Notes under the pieces: model-generated | Told to the model about the DNA's origin: nothing | Databases searched by the model: none | Seen by the model: the letters and a program-made list of their open reading frames with translations, nothing else | Made by a program: the position numbers and the translations under genes | Shown: piece by piece, positions 7,503 to 10,267 of the stretch | Layout: the number at the start of each line of letters is the position of its first letter | Position numbering within the stretch: the first letter of the stretch is position 1 | DNA from: an uncultured Victivallales bacterium | GTDB lineage: Bacteria > Verrucomicrobiota > Kiritimatiellia > UBA8416 > SLMC01 | Assembly (NCBI GenBank): GCA_964646045.1 | Contig: CAZYAW010000164.1 | Span: 1 to 10,267, forward strand | Reading direction: 5' to 3' | DNA: 10,267 bases

Positions 7503-8555
7503 TCATCCAAAACCATGTGCTCTATACTGCCGATAAAGCCCTTTTGTGTTACCGTAGTCCGCAAACGCCTTCCAGCCCTCCGCCGACTTGATGACATCAG
7601 GCATTTCCGTTCTGCCGTCACGCACATCGGCCATGCGGCGACGCATGCGCCGCTCGAACCGGCGTTTGCACTCGCCGATAAGTCGCGGGGAACGGGCGGG
7701 GAAAAAGCGAAATCCGAGAAACGGAACACCGGTTCGCGTTGGAATGATTCGTGTCTTGACCGGATGCAGCGACAGCCTGTCCTCGACCAGCAGTTGCGCA
7801 ATAGCATCCCGGCATGTCCGCAGTGTCGACTTGTCGTCCGCCCACAGAATGAAATCGTCCGTATAGCGCACATAGCCCGGCACGCGCAGTTCTTCCCGGA
7901 TGAAGTGGTCCATGCGATCGAGATACAGGTTCGCCCACAACTGGCTGGTCAGGTTGCCGATCGGCAATCCGCGCTTACGACCTGTCGGCGCAAGCGGATC
8001 GTCCCCGGGGAACCATGCGGGAGCCGTTTCCCCGGATATGCTGGAGCCTATGATGCGGCGGCAAAGCTCAAGGGTGGCACGACAACGTATTGCCCGCGAC
8101 ACCTTGTCGAACAGAATCTCGTGATCGACAGAATCGAAGTATTTGGAGATGTCGCACTTCAGCGCGTAACGGTAACGGTTGGTGAACATCCGGCAACGCT
8201 CGCGGCCCGCCAGCGTTCCCTTGCCCTTGCGACAGGAGTACGAGTCGTGCACGAAACGGCGCTCGATCAATGGCCCGATCACGTTGCACAGCGCATGATG
8301 CACGATCCTGTCGCGGTACGGAGCGGCGCTGATCGTGCGGGTTTTAGGATCGTGTATCCGGAACTTTCGGTAGGCAGAAGGCGTCCAGCGTTCCGCCGTA
8401 AGTTCCTCGTGAATCTGCCGCACAAAACGTTCCCGGTGCAGTTCGAAACGCTCGACATCCTCCTTGCGCGTCTTGCGTTTGCGGGCCTTGGCAGCAGCCG
8501 CGTAAAGATTCTCAAGCGCGCAAATCCCGGCATACAGATTGCCCCGGCTTTTCAC
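7503..8555 (-). CDS. DGR reverse transcriptase
   Basis: RT motifs are present: PKTRTISAAPYRDRIVHHAL; DISKYFDSVDHEIL; GLPIGNLTSQLWANLYL (the DGR-specific IGxxxSQ); YVRYTDDFILW (YxDD); LSLHPVKTRI; FLGFRF. The start is proposed at the GTG at 8555..8553, which overlaps the TGA of the upstream Avd-like gene as GTGA, with AGGGAAAG 8 nt upstream. The open frame itself extends to 8681. Confidence 0.85.
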   Translation of the reverse strand: MKSRGNLYAGICALENLYAAAAKARKRKTRKEDVERFELHRERFVRQIHEELTAERWTPSAYRKFRIHDPKTRTISAAPYRDRIVHHALCNVIGPLIERRFVHDSYSCRKGKGTLAGRERCRMFTNRYRYALKCDISKYFDSVDHEILFDKVSRAIRCRATLELCRRIIGSSISGETAPAWFPGDDPLAPTGRKRGLPIGNLTSQLWANLYLDRMDHFIREELRVPGYVRYTDDFILWADDKSTLRTCRDAIAQLLVEDRLSLHPVKTRIIPTRTGVPFLGFRFFPARSPRLIGECKRRFERRMRRRMADVRDGRTEMPDVIKSAEGWKAFADYGNTKGLYRQYRAHGFG

Positions 8556-8911
8556 GGCGATGCTTTCCCTGACTGCTGCTTGAGCCAGCCGCCGACCATG
8601 CGGCCCGCCTCGTCCAGCTTGCCGTGCACAAAGTCCAGTTGCCTCAAGTTGATCCAACTGCGCTTCTGCACCAGCCGCCACAGAACGCGCAGTTCTTCCA
8701 GCTTCAGATTGATCTCGTCCAGCATCGCGGTCTTTTCCCGCGTGTGGATCGCGCGAACGACAAGCTGAAGCACATCCAGCGTCATCGCGTCAATCCGCTG
8801 CCCGAACGTGAAGCGTTGCGACTTCGGGATGGCCGCCGTGCGGTCGAAAGTCCAGCCGCAGACCTCCTCCCATACGGTGTAAATCGGCGGGCGTTTCGTA
8901 TCCGGTTTCAT
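8552..8911 (-). CDS. avd: Avd-like accessory variability determinant (four-helix-bundle family)
   Basis: 119 aa, positioned between the VR-bearing target and the RT as in characterised DGRs. Its sequence (IYTVWEEV...FPK-like ...RIDAMTLDVLQLVVRAIHT...LEELRVLWRLV...LDEAGRMVGGWLKQ) fits the Avd / 23S-IVS four-helix-bundle pattern as I remember it. The SD is weak. Confidence 0.6.
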   Translation of the reverse strand: MKPDTKRPPIYTVWEEVCGWTFDRTAAIPKSQRFTFGQRIDAMTLDVLQLVVRAIHTREKTAMLDEINLKLEELRVLWRLVQKRSWINLRQLDFVHGKLDEAGRMVGGWLKQQSGKASP

Positions 8912-8936
8912 ATGGAAAATTCAAATTTCAAACTCG

Positions 8937-8973
8937 ACCCGCTCCGCGGGTACGGAAGGCGCCATTCGGCGCC
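8937..8973. other. Two adjacent GC hairpins in the 96-bp gap between the VR stop and avd
   Basis: Both were read directly: acccgc-tcc-gcgggt at 8937-8951 and ggcgcc-attc-ggcgcc at 8958-8973. They sit 35-70 nt downstream of the VR on the sense strand, where DGRs carry a homing-associated stem-loop. Neither is followed by a U-run. Confidence 0.3.
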
Positions 8974-9006
8974 AAAGAAACAAAGGTCAAAGGGTAAATT
9001 TAAGCC

Positions 9007-9152
9007 CTCAGCGAGACAACACCAAACGAAACCCGCGGCGGTCGACACGAAACGACGGAACGTAGGCGCCGCGGTACGAACAACGCAGGTAGCCCTGAGT
9101 GCGGTAGGACCAGGACGCGCCGCGCCACGCGCCGAACGACCCGCCGAACGCT
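9007..9152 (-). repeat. DGR variable repeat (VR) covering the last ~49 codons plus stop of the kinase-FGE target gene
   Basis: It is the counterpart of the TR. It encodes ...GQAFGGSFGAWRGASWSYRTQGYLRCSYRGAYVPSFRVDRRGFRLVLSR*. The TR would instead encode ...GRTFGGSFGAWRGASWNNNNQDNLRCSNRNDNNPSNRNNNNGFRLVLSR*. The 3'-terminal 29 nt on the sense strand are identical to the TR (IMH-like invariant end). Confidence 0.85.
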
Positions 9153-10267
9153 TGTCCTGTGCTGTCTCTGGCGCAGGCCTCCCATACGTTGCCGCCAACG
9201 CCATGAAGACCCCAAGGATTGGCCCAGAGCTTGTCGACGGGCGCCGTTACGGGAAACCCGTCATTGTAGCCGGATATCTTGTCCCATGTTCCAGCACCTT
9301 CCTGTCCGTGATAATTCCCGGCCCGCCCGCTCGGCGGCGGCCAATTGTTGCCCCACGGATATTCCCTACCATCTCCGCACTGCGCGTATGTCATCCATTC
9401 GTCCTCGCTGGGCAGCCGATACCTTGCTCCGCCCAGCGCCGCCTTCTCGCGCTCGGTCAGCCACGCGGCATACGCCTTGGCATCATCAAAATTCACATAC
9501 ACCACCGGCTGGCTGTCACGGTTGAGACTGTGATTCTTATAGCTCTTCGAGTCATGACGCGGTTCCTTTTTCCGGTACTCCCCGTTCGTCACTTCGAATT
9601 TACCCACCCACATCTTCAATGCGTCAATCCACACGAATTTCATACCGGTCGCGGGAGATGTCCAGTTCTGGCCGGCTACCGGCGCACCACGTTGCGACGC
9701 CGCCGCATCCCTCCGAGGCGCAACAGCAGCCGGGGTACTGGCAGGGGGAGGCGTTGGACGGGAACTGACGGCCGGGGCCGAAGGTCTTGCAGCAACACCT
9801 TGGGTCTGCTTCGGCTTGCTGTCACGGCTTATCAAGACCCCGAAGCCGATGACCGCCGCGATAACAACCAGCAGCGCAAAACCGCGTCCGCCCCGCCGTT
9901 TCTTTGCTTTCGGTACGGCAGGCGGCTCTGCGGGCTGACTTCGCGCGGCAAGCTCCTCTCGCCGCCTGGTTTCCTGTGAGCGTTGCTCAGCCTCAGCCTG
10001 CCGCCGGGCGGCCTCCGCCTTTTGCCGCTGCTCGGCGGCCTTTGCACGGCGTTCCTGCTCCAGACGCGCCCGCTCGACTTCCGCCCGCCGCGCCTCTTCC
10101 TCACGCAACCTTTTCGACTCCTTGGCAGCGGCCCCAATCTCACCCCCGTACAGTCCACCCAACGACGCGGCCACTGCCGCCATGTCCGCAGGCCGATCTG
10201 CAGGGTCTTCTTCAAGACAGGAGTCAATCAGGTCGTCCCATGCATCATCAAGCCCAGCAACCAGCTT
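9008..10267 (-). CDS. Ser/Thr protein kinase (C-lobe end; 5' part outside window) - charged coiled-coil linker - single TM helix - extracytoplasmic FGE-sulfatase / C-type-lectin-fold domain; DGR target (variable) protein
   Basis: The frame is open to the window edge. The translation upstream of the first Met reads KLVAGLDDAWDDLIDSCLEEDPADRPADMAAV, a kinase subdomain-XI-like motif. The TM helix is GFALLVVIAAVIGFGVLI. FGE-domain motifs include FEVTNGEY, YRLPSEDEW, YPWGNNW, GNVWEA, GGSFGAWRGASW and RRGFRLV. Confidence 0.85.
   Translation of the reverse strand, partial: KLVAGLDDAWDDLIDSCLEEDPADRPADMAAVAASLGGLYGGEIGAAAKESKRLREEEARRAEVERARLEQERRAKAAEQRQKAEAARRQAEAEQRSQETRRREELAARSQPAEPPAVPKAKKRRGGRGFALLVVIAAVIGFGVLISRDSKPKQTQGVAARPSAPAVSSRPTPPPASTPAAVAPRRDAAASQRGAPVAGQNWTSPATGMKFVWIDALKMWVGKFEVTNGEYRKKEPRHDSKSYKNHSLNRDSQPVVYVNFDDAKAYAAWLTEREKAALGGARYRLPSEDEWMTYAQCGDGREYPWGNNWPPPSGRAGNYHGQEGAGTWDKISGYNDGFPVTAPVDKLWANPWGLHGVGGNVWEACARDSTGQAFGGSFGAWRGASWSYRTQGYLRCSYRGAYVPSFRVDRRGFRLVLSR

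Larger units (their letters stand above)
7350..9152 (-). mobile_element. Diversity-generating retroelement cassette (VR - avd - RT - TR); the target gene extends further to the right
   Basis: This is the combination of the TR/VR pair with adenine-only mismatches, an IGxxxSQ-type RT and an Avd-like gene, all co-oriented on the minus strand. Confidence 0.8.

Noticed and set aside
6334-7536. 400-aa plus-strand ORF running through the TR
   Set aside because: It is R/G/P-rich and overlaps the real gene 6029-7117 out of frame. The TR is non-coding by DGR logic.
8556-8681. RT start at the first Met of the open frame (8681), overlapping avd by ~130 nt
   Set aside because: This N-terminal extension is A/G/R-rich and not RT-like. 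Conserved DGR-RT N-terminal sequence begins at the GTG at 8555, which is coupled to the avd stop.
7515-8768. 417-aa plus-strand ORF and the smaller plus-strand ORFs at 7588-8124
   Set aside because: They are antisense to the RT, which has unmistakable RT motifs on the minus strand.
8624-9979. 451-aa plus-strand ORF
   Set aside because: It is antisense to avd and the FGE domain. The minus-strand frame carries the FGE motifs and the VR.
1-10267. CRISPR arrays, tRNA/rRNA genes, IS elements
   Set aside because: There are no regularly spaced direct repeats, no cloverleaf-compatible segments that I could see, and no transposase-like ORF or terminal inverted repeats. The only long repeat is the TR/VR pair.

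Overview
This is high-GC (~65-70%) bacterial DNA whose right third (about 7340-10267) carries what reads as a complete diversity-generating retroelement (DGR), all on the minus strand. Its target gene (9008..>10267, 5' end outside the window) encodes a Ser/Thr-kinase C-lobe, a charged linker, one TM helix and an extracytoplasmic FGE-sulfatase (C-type-lectin-fold) domain. The last ~49 codons of that gene form a variable repeat (VR, 9007-9152). Downstream lie a short intergenic stretch with two GC hairpins, an Avd-like four-helix-bundle accessory gene (8911..8552), a reverse transcriptase carrying the DGR-type IGxxxSQ and YxDD motifs (about 8555..7503) and, directly after the RT stop, a non-coding template repeat (TR, 7350-7495) built from AAC/AAT codons. 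By my hand alignment the TR/VR pair is 146 bp long with 25 mismatches, and every one falls on a TR sense-strand adenine, which is the DGR mutagenic-homing signature. The left two thirds hold a plus-strand five-gene cluster (1443-7117): an excisionase-type HTH + Cys-rich protein; a double-Zn-ribbon + SPFH/Band-7 + coiled-coil protein; a Zn-ribbon + unknown domain + FHA protein; a lipoprotein; and a secreted protein with two tandem CsgG/LpoB-like domains and a C-terminal TM anchor. On the minus strand at the far left are a polytopic membrane protein (1202..351) and the N-terminus of a second Ser/Thr kinase (214..<1). The long minus-strand ORFs antisense to the cluster, and the plus-strand ORFs antisense to the DGR, are high-GC artefacts.
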